From: the human T2T-CHM13v2.0 reference genome, Homo sapiens
Strand: one strand, 5' to 3'
DNA length: 64,000 nt
NCBI RefSeq assembly: GCF_009914755.1
Contig: NC_060937.1
The notes beneath the pieces are model-generated. The model had not been told where the DNA came from. It saw only the letters and a program-made list of their open reading frames with translations, and searched no databases. The position numbers were made by a program, and so were the translations under genes. Of the stretch, positions 13,671 through 27,456 are shown piece by piece. How positions within the stretch are numbered: the stretch's first letter is position 1; each line of letters begins with the position of its first letter.

Positions 13671-16070
13671 ACATACCATTCAAATACTAAGCAAATATAT
13701 TGAGGTGGCTATGTTAATATTAGGTATGTATTAAGTAAAACAAATTAGAAGACAAAAATTCAGAAGGCCAGTGATAAAGAGGGACATTTCTTGAAGAGAG
13801 CAGCACATCAATTGTAAATATGCTCAAACTTCAAGCTATGTTAAAAATTCAGAATTAAAGGGAAACAGCAATCCCAAAAGACGATCTAATCTTACATTAG
13901 AACTTAAAATAAAAAGAGCAAATTAAACAAAGTTAGAAGGAAATAATAAAATAAGAGCAGAAATCAATCAAGTAAAAAAATTAATAAACAGAAGACATAA
14001 TTAAACCGAAGACTTATTCTTTGAAAAGATCAGTAAACTTTGTCAAATTAGCCAGTTACTTGACAAATGGATACAAAAAGAGATAGACAAACCAAACAAA
14101 ATAAAACAAAATCTACCAATGTTTGGAATAAAAGAGTAAATATCACTATACCTCCTATACATATCAAAATACAGGACTTTACTGCAATAAACCAGTTCTG
14201 CTAATGCATTTGAAACCGTTCCCTAAACAAATGACATGTGATTTTTTTCTGTAATTTTATAGCTTGTAAAATCTATTGATTTTCAAACGCCAAGCTAACC
14301 TTGCTTTCTCAAAATTAACTGTACTTTTTTATGGCTTATTATTCCTTGTCTACTCGTGTACTTCATTTGTGGAAATTTTAAGAATTTTTGCATATTCACT
14401 AATAAGGATTACTGATCTGTAAAATTCCATTCTTCTAATGTCTTTGAATTTGTTTAAGGGCAATATTAATCTTATAATGAGTTAAAGGCTACTTCCTTAG
14501 CTATTTCCTAGAAACATTTACAATTGGTATTATTTATTCTTTATATGGTTGATACAATTGAATTGTTTAACCATCTGAGCCTGAAGTTTTCTTTTGAGGC
14601 AGTTATGTGTAATTTTTGGTAATTCACATTTGTTAAAATACTTGTACACTTCATTTAATTTTTCAAATGTATTGTCATGTACATTCCCTTATTGTCCTTT
14701 TAATATGTATAGGATCTGTACTGTGGTATTCAACTAAACGTAGAAATATATACCAAAAGAACTGATTTGAATCCAAATTGAACTCAGCTTTTATAATCAA
14801 TTTATTTTGAACAAGGATTCCAAAGTACTAAACAAGAAAAAATGAATTTTAAGTCTTATGCCAAAAAAATTGAAATCTGTCATAGATTTACCCATGTAAA
14901 TGCTATACATGTAAGAATTATAGTAACAATTGTGATATTATGTTAGGTAAACTTTTTAAGGCAGAAAAGACACAAAATAAGAACAAAAGAATAAGCTGAA
15001 ATCTCTTACTCTTTATATGATAATTAAGAATAGTCACGACAAGCCGGAGATAAATTTTGTTTTAGAAATTCTACATGGAAATATTTTAGCAGACACATCA
15101 CCGTCTTTTCTCTATATTTACTCCAAATGTACACGTTCTCTACCACTGAATATTACCAACCAGTTCGAGAGGCTGTATTCATTTTTTATTTTTATCACTT
15201 TAATGTTTATCACACTGGATAATTTCTATTGATTCACCCAGTTATTATATTTATTCCAAGTATTGCAAGTTTTAAATTTCCACAAGCATTCCTTTGATCC
15301 CTTAAAAAAATTTCTATTCCTCTACTAAAGTTGTCTATATTATTTCCATAAGCATATCCTATTTTACTTTTTTTGGAAGTAGTATTGGTTGTTACCTTTA
15401 AAATCCTTATCTAATAATTTTGACATTTGAATTATGTCAGGATCTGTCTTCGTTGATTTTCTTTTCACTTGAAAACTTGTTACCTTTTCTTCATTGTTCG
15501 TATTAGGATAAGTCGGATTGTGTTGTAGACATATAAATGTTACATTGTGAAGAATTTGGATTCTGTTGTTTTTGTCAAATCAATATTTTTTGCTTTAGTC
15601 AGCAGTTATTTTGTTTGGAATCCAACTCTAAACACAATTCATTGCGTGATATCTGTGGTCTCAGTTCAGAGCTCTTCATTTTTTGTCTTAGCTGCTTTGG
15701 GTCTCTTTTCCACATGAATAATTCAGGGATCAATCAGGATTGTGAATAGTTAGAATTTGAGATCCCCTTTCTGGCTCTTTCCACTCTATGTAATATCTTT
15801 CCTGGCTTCAGCACCTGGATCTCTTGGCTAGAAAGTCGGTGTGCTTAACCACTAACTCTTTCAATATAGTGGGCCAACTGCTCTTTGGCCACTCTAAAAG
15901 TCATGAAAATAGAAACACAGTTTATGCAGTTTCCTTAATCTAAGTCTCCTTTCCCATGAGATTTATCTGTTTCTTTCACACTAGTGCTTTTCCAGGAGCT
16001 ATTTTTTATTATATGTTCATATTTTTTTTTGTATGAGAATCAGTCCGATAGGAATTGATTTAATTATAAC
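13671..16070. mobile_element. Patchwork of old L1M fragments in both orientations
   Basis: Sense ORF2 relic ~13680-14220 (ataaaaataagagcagaaatcaat; ttctttgaaaagatcagtaaa), antisense ~14240-14720, sense ~14730-15000, antisense ORF1/5' relic ~15100-16070. Confidence 0.6.
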
Positions 16071-16111
16071 TAGAAATAGAAATCTCCATTTCTTTTATAA
16101 TTTTGCATTAT

Positions 16112-16594
16112 TGATGCAGGACAGGCAAGCCCTCAAATTGGGGCTTAGCTCAAGAGGATTCTTGGCTTTGCCCAGGAAAAAATTCAAGGGTGAGCCGGTG
16201 GTGTTAACCAGCAACTTTTATTGAAATGTCAGTGCAGCAGCAGAAGTACTACTTGTCCTGGCGGAGCAGAGCTCGCCATAGGCAAAGTGCCCAGAATCGC
16301 AGTTAAGAGGAAGTTCTGCATTCATATTTATCCCTTCTTATACTTATATGTAAATTAACGGGAGGTTTATGTAGAAATTTCTAGGATGAGGGTGGTAACT
16401 TCTGCGTTGTCAGGTCGTTGCCACGGAAACAGGTGGTAACAGCTGGCTGTTGCCATGGCAATGGTAAACTGACATGGCACACTGGTGAGTATGTTTTATG
16501 GAGAGGTGCTTTCCCTGGAACTGTATTAGTTAGTCCTCAATTTGATCCAGTGTCTGAGCCCCGACTCTGGAGTTGAGTTCCGGCTCCTGCCTCA
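16112..16594 (-). mobile_element. ERV1 (MER4-group, MER66-like) solo LTR
   Basis: TG...CA termini (tgatgcagg / cctgcctca); minus-strand AATAAA near 16218; minus strand begins TGAGGCAGGAGCCGGAACTCAACTCCAGAG; family name from memory. Confidence 0.85.
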
Positions 16595-18134
16595 TTCTCA
16601 CTGTACCCTTTCTACTTTACCCAAATCCCTTTAAATATAGTCAAAATTGAACATCACAGCCTTTAAAGAATCTAATTACTTGAAAAACAGTGCAAACAAA
16701 TTAATGTATTCATTGATATTTAATTTTTTATATGATTATGAGTAGATCCCATAGCTTGTGTGTAAAACTAAATAAATTGACTAGTAGATATTGATCACCT
16801 AAAGCATAGAATTTTTGCCTACATTTTATCCTGTCATTGGAGATCAGTTAAACTAAGATTTTGGTTTATAGTCTCTTAATGCATATTCCCTTCAAATTTT
16901 GTATTTCAAAGAATTGTTTGAAATGTTTTCTTAATGAAAATTTTTCAGATTGGCACAAATAAACAGAATACTTGAAAAATTACATCTTTTATATGAGTTT
17001 GGGTAAACAAAATATGAGTTTTCTATGAAAATAAATATAGAATTTTACTTCCAGTTTGTTGTTCAACATTGTATTATTTTACTGTAACCCAGAAATATTC
17101 AATATTTAGAACTAGAATGGAGCAGATTTATTTTCTATTGTATCAAAATTTTATGTCACCCAAATTAATCCGAATACAATTATTTAAATCTATTTAATCA
17201 TTTTCATAGCTCATTTATTTTACACTGACAAGAATTACAAATTGTCATAATCCAAACTATGATGAAAATGAATGAAATGTCAAATAAATTATCAATAATA
17301 ATAAAACATATTTCTCAAGTGCACCAATATAAATTTTTTCTATATTAATTGTAACAATGTTTACAAGATATAGTGAGAATACATGTGACAATTTTAGAAT
17401 TAACCAATGGATTTAACATACTTATTTTTAATATTCATTTTTAAGATGCTGTTGACTTATTCCAACTAACACAGTCATAATTATGGTAACATGTGAACAA
17501 CTTTATAATCATGCTTATTCAATCTCATAAAATATAAATAAAATATAATGCAGCGTTTTGTCATTTAACTATACATTACTATTAACCTGTATTATTTTCT
17601 TAGCTCTGAACTATTTTAGGGCATTGAAGCAATATGGAATGGTAAATAAATAGATCCCAGGTCACTGAGATATTAGTATACTTTTGGTGTCAATAGAATT
17701 ATAAAATAGGTGCTTGCTAAGCTGATGAAAGGTCAGTTTAGAATTCCTTTTAATAAGTTTATGCAAACAAAAAGATTTTCTGCATTAATCATAATGGGAA
17801 GAATTAGCAAGCATGCTTTAATCCTCCATGACCTTGCTTATGAATGTCAATGTACTGCCAAACATCTTCAAGTCTCCTTAGTGAACAAAAGTTGTGCAGT
17901 AATATCTCTTGTGGCTATGATGATAAATCTACAAGGCCGTCCTCATCGATTTCCATGGCAGAAATTACCAGATGTAGAAGCCAAATAGATTATCTTTCAA
18001 ATTTAAAAGAAAATAATGATATAATTATCAGTTCACTGGAGAAAAGAGTAAAATTTGATATTGATGAAGAGAAATATGTCCATTAAGCAAACAGATTTGA
18101 TCTTTATTTGACTTCCTATCTCTATCATCTGGCT

Positions 18135-18150
18135 ATGTGTATATGTGTGT

Positions 18151-18181
<31 letters not shown>

Positions 18182-18246
18182 TACACACACATATATGTAT
18201 ATATGTATATATATGTATGTATATATATGTATATATATGTATATAT
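18135..18246. repeat. (TA/TG/CA)n compound microsatellite
   Basis: Directly visible alternating purine-pyrimidine tract. Confidence 0.95.
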
Positions 18247-20299
18247 TATCAGCAGTACTTTATCAAATGTGGTCAGATAGCAAAAGTCATGAAATGATGA
18301 ATAATTATCAATTCTAACCTTTTAATAGATCACATTACTGTCTTGGCTGTGTGAAAATACACCATCTCCAATTCAGTTTCTGTTTATAGTGTCTTGAATG
18401 AGACACTTTTAATCCCATTTTATTAAAATTAATGTCTTTAGTGTCCACTTAATACATGGGAAATCTCATCACTTTTGCCCTGCTGTATTCTATAAGTTTA
18501 ATTTGCTTCTATTGCATATTTTTCCTTGATTTAGAAATCACAAATAGTTTCAGCCAGTCTCTTATCTGACTTACAGAACATCAGAGTATACATCTTAAAG
18601 TGCTATGAAAAGCATCTCATTTTACTGTGTCTTGGTACCTTAATGATGCCAGAATGATAAAAGCTACTTCTTGTTACTACTGTTATTGAAACAACTAGAC
18701 TGAAATGAGCAGTATCAGGGCACTCTCTACTAAATTGACAATATCAAAAAATAAATCTATTTTTATAGCTCTCTTGCATTTCTTATATAGAAAGAAGTTA
18801 GGTGACTTACCTTGTGTCACATAAATTTGCCATGTCTTAGGTAGCAAAATTAGAGGATTTTACTAGCTTTATTTAGCATAGATGGATAGAAATCATAATG
18901 TCAAAATTTGAAAGTAGGAAACTGGGCCAATTCTTTTTCATAAAAGCAAAAATGCATAAAAAATAGTATTTTGGTAGACCAATAGCAAAAATTACGTTAT
19001 CATGGCAATCAAATGATAGGTTGAGCTGGGGATGTAATTAATACATTAACATTTTATCTGTATGTGCTATGGTTATGACAGCATTATAAATGTCTTCATT
19101 TGCGTCAATCAGTCAGTATGCAGAGAAAAAGATTTTTCTAAACTCTTCAGATTTTCTGGATATTAGAGTAAGATTATATATACCACAACAAGCCTGGCTT
19201 ATTGTAAGACTGTATTGATTGATTTTTTACTTTGCCACACTCAAATATTTTGGCATGGCACAGATACAGCCTCAGCTATCTTGAGATTAAATGTCAAGTG
19301 ACTAAAAGTAGGAATGGAATATATTTAAAACAAATGAGAAAAACTATTTTTGTGACACTGTCTAAATTTTTCATTTTATGCCTCTTATATAATAGGTTAA
19401 AGTAAATGTTCTATATAGAGTCTCAGAATATACAAATTGTCAAAAGTCATATTAGATATCACTTTTCCTAAAGTCTACTTTGCAGAAAATTATCAATATT
19501 TTATAAATTGATCTTATTGCAGGTTACTCTTGAGTGTACATACATAAAAATTCACTGAGCAAATCCATTATACTTTGTGCAGTTTACTATATTTTATATC
19601 ACAATTAAATTTTTTATTTTTACAAATTAAGGGTAAGACCATTATTTCTCTGTCTTTTGAAAGCCTTAATTAATATACAATAATGAAACGAAAAGTGCCC
19701 CATCCTTCTTCAACTCTTGCTTCTTCAACTTGACATTTGAAATTATAGAGTTCCAAATCTCTACATATCTATTCATGATTCATTTGAAAAAAATGTTTGT
19801 CTTATGTAATAAGGCCATTTTATAATTTCCCATGTTATAGTCATACAATATACTTTAAAATAATATTGTAACTTAGGTTTATGACATTTCAGTCATAATT
19901 GAAATTATAAAACTTAATAGTAATTTGAGAGATTTAAAGGCAAGATGACAATTTTCCAGGCATTATTTTCTTTTTTGCTTAACATTTCTCTCCTTCCCGT
20001 CTTGTTTTATAATAGTCCCATAATTTTTTCAGGTTAAAAATCCCATGTTCTCACAAAGTGAATGTTCTCTCTATAAATAGCCAGCCCTCAGGGGCTAAAT
20101 TCTATTTTCCACTTAACTATTGGTCTTACTTGAAGTGTATATAACATGCTTTGTGCAACCCACCAGAAATTACACATTATGTAGTACATAGTTGAGTATG
20201 TGCATGTGTGCACATGTGCAAGTGTATACAAATGTGTGTATGTGTGTTTGTGTGTGTACTTCGTTTTTTTAAAAGCCACCTCATGTTTGGTTACATAAA

Positions 20300-20723
20300 T
20301 GTGTTAGGGCATTCTTACATTGCTATAAATAATTTCTTAATAAATTACCCGAGACTGGGTAGTTTATAAGGAAAAGAGGCTTAATTGACTCATGGGTCTG
20401 TAGGCTGTACAAGCATGTCACCAGCATCTGTTTGGCTTCTGTGGAGGCTCAGGGAGCTTTTACTCATGGCAGAAGATCAAGCAGGACCAGGCATGTCAAA
20501 TGGCCAGAACAGGAGCAAGAGAGAGAAATGGGGGATGGGGAATGGCACACACTTTTAAACAACTGGATCTCAGGAGAACTTGAGAGAACTATTATGAGAA
20601 CAGCATCAAGCCACAGGGGATCCACCCCTATGACCAAAGCATTTGTCACCAGGCCTCACCTCCAACACTGGGGATTACAATTCAACATGGGATTTGGCAG
20701 GAACATATATTCAAACTGTATCA
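20300..20723 (-). mobile_element. MSTB-like MaLR solo LTR
   Basis: tgtgttagggcattcttacattgctataaa...gagactgggtagtttataaggaaaagagg...ccaggcctcacctccaacactggggattacaattcaacatg...aaactgtatca. Confidence 0.92.
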
Positions 20724-20897
20724 GCGAGATTTCCAAAAAATGGGAGAATAAGGTCAAAAGTTAGCATAAGATGAAATTCAAGGTTACATAATTTTTCGCA
20801 GAGATTGGGATGAGCTCTTATCTAAATCCCCATTTGGATTATTTTCTTTTTCAAATTTGATAATGTGATAGCGAAATTGTCTTTCTTTCCATCGAAG

Positions 20898-21122
20898 GCT
20901 GGAATTAGCAAACTACTTTCTAGTTCCTGTCCTCAGTTTGTACTACCTGCAAGTTAAAAATATTTTTACATTTTATTTTTCAAAAGGTGGAGGGAAAAAG
21001 GATAAAAGAAGAATGCAAAGAAGAATGCAAAGAAGATGAAGAAGCAACAGAGACTCGTATGTAGCCTGCAAAGTTTAAAATATTTATTATTACACATTTG
21101 TAGAAAAATTTATCTGACCACA
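20898..21122. mobile_element. MER58-family hAT-Charlie DNA transposon relic
   Basis: gcaaactac start; acagagactcgtatgtagcctgcaaagtttaaaatattta...agaaaaatttatctgacc end. Confidence 0.7.
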
Positions 21123-22089
21123 TAAACAAAATGATGTAAAATAACTTCTGTGTTCTTACAGGATTCTAGAGATGCTGTGAAAGTTTATGTACATATTATT
21201 CAAAAGGGGAGCGTTTGGGTTAAATTTTACCTAAATGAATAAGTAAAAATTCCATTCTATTGTCTTCTGCCCCAATTTTTTTTTTTGTTTTACTATCAAC
21301 GTCAGTACCCCCTTGGATGTTTGACTAACCCTCCTCAGACCCCAATAAGAAGCATAATCTGATGAGTTCAAGGCTACATAGTTTCTCAGGCTTACATCCT
21401 TCTTTCTTTCCTCCGTAGGGACTCTTCTTGCTATTATAAATTAAGATACCATTTTGCTTAGTGCAGGTCTTCCATGAAGCAGACACCATGATAAGATTAG
21501 ATCTTCTATAGAATTGTTAGAAAAAAATTATTCTTTTGTACACGTAATAATATGGAGCATACAAAACATTATTGTAATGAATTTACAAGAAAGGAGAAAG
21601 AAAGACTCTTACTTCTGGTAGAAAAGTCATTCCCCTCTATGTGGAAGGCCCTGATTGAAACATGGATCCAAAATTGTTAGCTAAAGTTTTGTTTCTTAGT
21701 TATTGCACCTGACTTGAGGATGTCCCACTTTTTCCAAGTTATGTCTTCTCTAAAATTGTAAGTGAACACAATAATAGTTCCTATTTACACTGTGAGGTGG
21801 ACATTGTTACAGAAAACACATCAGTGACTTTCTTGCTGTTGAGCTAATAATGTCCTGTGAATGTATGATCTGTGCAGTACCTTTGGTAGTCTTATGTGAT
21901 GCTGCTGTCTGTCTGCTCAAAAGTAAATCTTGAACATTTCCCCCAACCAAAAAAAAAATACCACATACACACACCTGAAAAAACGACTTTAGGAGAAATT
22001 CAAAGGAGACATGGAGAACCAACAGACTCTGATGCAATTCCTTCATCATCATTGTGGCACACAGAAGGTGTGCTTATTGAGCATGAAGG

Positions 22090-22668
<579 letters not shown>

Positions 22669-23339
22669 GCTTCTTAAGAATGCTTCCTTACTTTGGTTCT
22701 ACCTTTAATTTGAGGCCTTATTTTTTTTTCCAGTAGTTAAAGTTTTATTTTCATAACTAAGCCGTCTATCTAATTTTTAACAGAGAAATGGGTTCCAAAT
22801 TTGCTTTTTCAAAACTAAGTTCACTATGTGAGGGGTTTGTTTCATACCACTTAATTGATTAATGTTAATTGTAATATTTTAAGGAGATGGTAGGTTGTAA
22901 TTTTTTAGTGCATTCTGTTTCCACAATTCATTTTTATCTTTTTAAAAAAATACATAGAAATAAATAACGAAAGCAGAAAAGGTGTACATGTGTTTGCATA
23001 TTGTAATGTTTTAAAGTATTCAAAAGACAGAGACATGAAAAAAAGTATGGTGGTAGTGAAAGGGTTAGGCTCCCTGAAGGGTTTTTCTTTTCGGAAAAGT
23101 GAAACATTCTTGGGCTTAGAAAAATGGGTTGAATGTGATTTGTCATATCTGTTCTATTTGTGAAAAAGCTTCCCACAGCAAACACATCTGTGGGCTAAGT
23201 GACCAATTATACCTCTATCTCCTGGGCTTTGTTTGCCACATTCCTAAAGTATTTTTCTAAAGAAATTAAATTATACTTGCTTTTACGTTTTCCAATCAAT
23301 ATTTATTTCTCAATTTTCAATAGTCATTGTGATATATTT

Positions 23340-23655
23340 TCCTTCCTTCTCTTGTTTCCTTCCTTCCCTCCCTCCCTCCCTCCTTTCTTTCTCTTTCTTT
23401 CTTTCTTCCCTTCCCCTTCTTTCCTTCCTTCCTCCCTCCCTCCCTCCCATGTCTGTCTGTCTCTTTCTTTCTTTCTTCCTTCCTTTCCTTCTTTCTTCCC
23501 TTCCCTTCCTCTCCCCTCCCCTCCCTTCCCCTTCCCCTCCCTCCCTCCCTTCCTTCCTTCTCTTTCTGTCTTTCTCCTTCTTTCTTTCTCTTTCTCTTTC
23601 TTTTCTTTTCTTTTCTTTTCTTTTCTTTTCTTTTCTTTTCTTTCTTTCTTTCTTT

Positions 23656-23731
<76 letters not shown>

Positions 23732-23980
23732 TTCCCTTCCCTACCCTTCCCTTCCCCTTCTTTCCTTCCTTTCTCCCTCCCTCCCGTCTGTCTGTCTGTC
23801 TTTCTTCCTTCCTTCCTTCCTTTCCTTCTTTCTTCCCTTCCCTTCCTCTCCCCTCCCCTCCCTTCCCCTTCCCCTCCCTCCCTCCCTTCTTTCCTTCTCT
23901 CTCTTTCCTTTTGCCTTTCTTTCTTCTTTCTTTCTTTCTTTCTCTCCTTTCTTTCTCTTCTTCTTTTTCTTTCCGTCTCT
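23340..23980. repeat. ~640-bp polypyrimidine/polypurine compound repeat ((TTCC)n, (TCCC)n, (TTTTC)n, (TTTC)n)
   Basis: Almost pure C/T on the + strand; long (TTTC)n run at ~23655-23730. Confidence 0.98.
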
Positions 23981-24335
23981 ACTGGGATTAACTACAGAAC
24001 AAACAAAATTTGAATGCAAACAAGTGGCAAAATTTTGAGATTTTTCAATACAGGTTTACCATAAATTTTTTTAGCAGCTAAATACAATAAATTATTTTTT
24101 CATACAACTCTCTATAGCTTCATTTTAGTTTTTAAATCTTTCTATCCTAAACATGTGTAAAGCATTTTCTCCTTTACTTGGAGAGTAATCAGAAACTCAA
24201 AGTAGAATTCAGTTTTTCAAATTATCTGGTAACTGTTTGAACAATGTTAGGTAGTGTGATTCTAAGCTAATCAATATATAAGTAAAACAGCATGTATAAT
24301 TTAAAATTCTAGTTTCTGAAAAATTTGTTTAAAAT

Positions 24336-24479
24336 TCATAAACTCTCTTCATTAAAATCCTTGACTCCCTAATATATTGAAGTCATTCTTTAAACAGAGT
24401 TCAACACTTTCCCTTTATTCTTGGAATCTTACATTCCGTAAGTGTCTCTAGCATCTGGGAGCATTTTAAAATTTCATTT
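24336..24479 (+). repeat. Copy 1 of a ~145-bp dispersed direct repeat
   Basis: Aligns by eye to 27887-28031 with 10 substitutions and 1 indel. Confidence 0.95.
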
Positions 24480-25242
24480 CTTACTTACTAGCCAGCCACA
24501 CAGTGAATGCTGGGACAGACATTGTTGAGTAGAGGTCCTTAATCAAAATAATGAAAGTATCTTTGAGCCAGGCTAAACTTTGACCTCAATCCATTTACCT
24601 CATGTAGTTATCCTTAGACTTCTCTTGTACATTCTTGTAACGCTTATGCCTCAGCAATCCATCTAAAACATCCTTTATTATAAAGTTTATAATGCAAATT
24701 TCAGAGCAGATAACAGTCTGCCTTTCCCAGGAGATTGAGGTGATGTACACAGTGTTCACACTGATGCTGCATGACTGGTCTGCACAACTCCACAGTGTGT
24801 GTAATGCTTTGGCTGGCATTATTTCCAAGGTGAATTCAGCCTGTAGTGATCTTCAAGTTTAATATTTATTTGAGTATGGTGACTTATTTCATTATTCATG
24901 ATGACCCCCAAAAATGTAACCCAAGGGTCTGCTGACCCTTTTGTTTTCCGAGTGCAGGATGTAACTTGGGCTGTGCTGTGTCTTTTGGACTGTATACTTT
25001 ATGGCGCATCTCTAATAATATTCTTCATCCCTGACTTGACCAGTAAATAAACTGAAATAAAGCTCCACACCTCAAATTTTACTTCTACAGGATTTTACTT
25101 TTTCAGAGGTTTTTGCAAGAAATAGAAGTGCACTTATATTTTGCCATGTTTTAACCTTTAAGTCATTTCTACAATAAATGGAAACCCACATATATTTCAA
25201 AACTTTAGTAACTTTATAGGAAATGTTAATGATTATAGAAAG

Positions 25243-25781
25243 CGTAGGCAAAATGTTAACATAAGAGTCTTGAAACAGTTACATTTAGAAAAGGTTGCTT
25301 ACAAGTTTGGTATCTGGGAGTTCAGCTCCTGTGGTGTTCCCAATTAACAGGTGGCTGACAAAGGAGGTTAATTGTCCCTAGACTGTGCTAACAATGGTGC
25401 TTATGCTGAGGACCTATCCTGCTTCTGGGACTCTGGAGTTTTATTTGGTGCTAAGTAGAGAGTGCCTATATGATCAGCCCAAATAAAAACTGTAGTCACT
25501 ATGTCTCTGATGAACTGCTTGTGGAAGACATATAACATACCTGTTGTTGAGTGTTTGGTGTTAAGGAAAGACTGTGACTCTTCACAGGAGGGAGAAAACA
25601 TAGGAAGCCGCATAGGGATTCCTTCACAACACACCTGTATTTCCCTCTTACTATATGGCTAAGTATCCTTACTACATTGCTATAGTAAATTTGATCCATG
25701 AGGACAATTATATGCTAAGTCTAGTGATTCCATCTAGTGATCCCAAACTCAGAGATGGGGTGGTCTTATATACCCCTGAAA
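25243..25781 (+). mobile_element. MER77/MER68-like ERVL solo LTR
   Basis: gtaggcaaaatgttaacata start; agagagtgcctatatgatcagcccaaataaaaact; acaattatatgctaagtctagtgattccatctagtga...ggggtggtctt end. Confidence 0.8.
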
Positions 25782-26503
25782 GAGTGTTGTTTATGTAAAA
25801 CAACAAGGACCTTGTCTTAATCTTCCACACACTCCTCCTCCTGTGATTGGCTTGCTTTCTGTTCAACACCAGTCCCATCGTGGTTTGCTTCTTCTAAAGC
25901 CTGCAGTCCGACCACGATGTTCTTTCCACCATGTGCTGCCCAGTGTTGACTGGGTGTCATATAGGACTTGACCACAGCTGCATTTCTCATGAAGAAAATT
26001 TCTTCTCCATTGCTGTGTTTTCTCCAACAACCTGAATTCTGCAACAATAGGCTCAATGACATTGCACAGAAAGATATAGTTTTGTAAAAATTTACATAAA
26101 CTATTTGACAATTGAGCAATAAAAAGAAAATAATTTTAGAAATTATTATAACAATATATTTTACCAAATAAAGGTACTTTGAGGGGTTAAGAATTTGCCA
26201 GTGTGTATGAATTTAATTATTTATTTGTATTTGAATTCTACATTAAATGTATATAAGTTGTTAAAATTGTTGTATAGATACAGTCCACTAATGTTAAGTG
26301 AACATTTTTACATGTCATTCATATGGGGAACATTTATGTAATCCTTAGAAGACTAAAAAATAATTTTTATATTCTTCGTTCCAAATTAATATGTCATAAA
26401 TAAGAAAATTGAAGTTTATTATCAGTGCAAAACAGTAAAAATGATGTATTATTTATATGAAGTACACCTGAATTTAAAAATATGTTGAAATCAAAAAACA
26501 TAT

Positions 26504-26773
26504 AGTGGCTCATGCCTGTAATCTCAGCACTTTGGGAGGCTGAGGCAGGTGGTTCACCTGAGGTCAGAGGTTGAAGACCGGCCCATGGCGAAACCCTGTC
26601 TCTACTAAAAATACAAAAATTAGCTGGGTGTGGTGGTCGGCGCCTATAATCCCAGCTACTAGGGTGGCCAAGGCTGTAGAATCACTTGAACCCAGGGGGC
26701 CGAGGTTGCAGTGAGCCCAGATCATGGCACTTCACTCCACCCTGGGCAAAAGAGAGAAACCCTGTCTAAAAAA
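26504..26773 (+). mobile_element. Alu (AluS-type), lacking the first ~10 nt
   Basis: Dimeric Alu; flanks aaaaaacatata / aaaaaacaatata. Confidence 0.96.
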
Positions 26774-27002
26774 CAATATATATATATGAATGAATACAAG
26801 CAAATTTTAAAAGTATTGTGTCACTTTTCCTCAACAATAAAATATCAATTAAAATGTAATTTTAGACTTGTTTAGTAAAAGTTATTAATACATGTTACAG
26901 AAACTGTCCTCTATGAATAACTACCTCTTATAGAGGTGATTATTAAAGCAAGGCATGAAGTGAGTGAAGTCCGAGACCAAGAAGATATCAGGCAGAAACA
27001 TT

Positions 27003-27456
27003 TGTCAAACTAAATAACAAACAGAGAGACACTCTCTAAAAGAAAATAATGTTTATTGAACAGAGCATTGCAATGGGAATACTCATGTCTTAGTAAACTA
27101 TGTGCACATTCAGGAAGGTAAAGGGAGACAACAGTTTTTAAAGTAAAAATGAAGAGGATAACATAATTGTCTTCAAATCATTATCCTTGACTGCAAACAT
27201 CAATAGCAAGAATCACACCAGTGTGGGGTTAGAGTGGCAGTTGCTGGGCACATGACCCTGAAGAAGTATTTTTGTGTGAGCTTGTCATGGCCTTTGTGCA
27301 AGGGTATAGTTTTGGGTTTTTGTAAAGTCTTTTGTGGTAGATTATTATGAGGCAAATAAGCACGAAAACCCTCTCCTCATAGCCATTGCTGGCTCTATTT
27401 GTCAAAAATTTTTTTTTAACATGAATGACTACCTTCTGGTTCTGACAATTGTCACA
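27003..27456 (-). mobile_element. MER65-like ERV1 3' LTR
   Basis: tgtcaaac...gtcaca termini; minus-strand AATAAA (tttatt ~27052); minus strand begins TGTGACAATTGTCAGAACCAGAAGGTAGTCA, like MER65. Confidence 0.85.

Noticed and set aside
17844-18086. 80-aa ORF with protein-like composition and an RVKF (PP1-docking-like) word
   Set aside because: No family recognised and no exon or promoter context; a 4-residue motif is expected by chance
23199-24038. Longest ORFs (279 aa, 220 aa, and antisense 92 aa)
   Set aside because: F/L/S/P-only or K/R/E/G-only translations of the pyrimidine tract, which simply lacks stop codons
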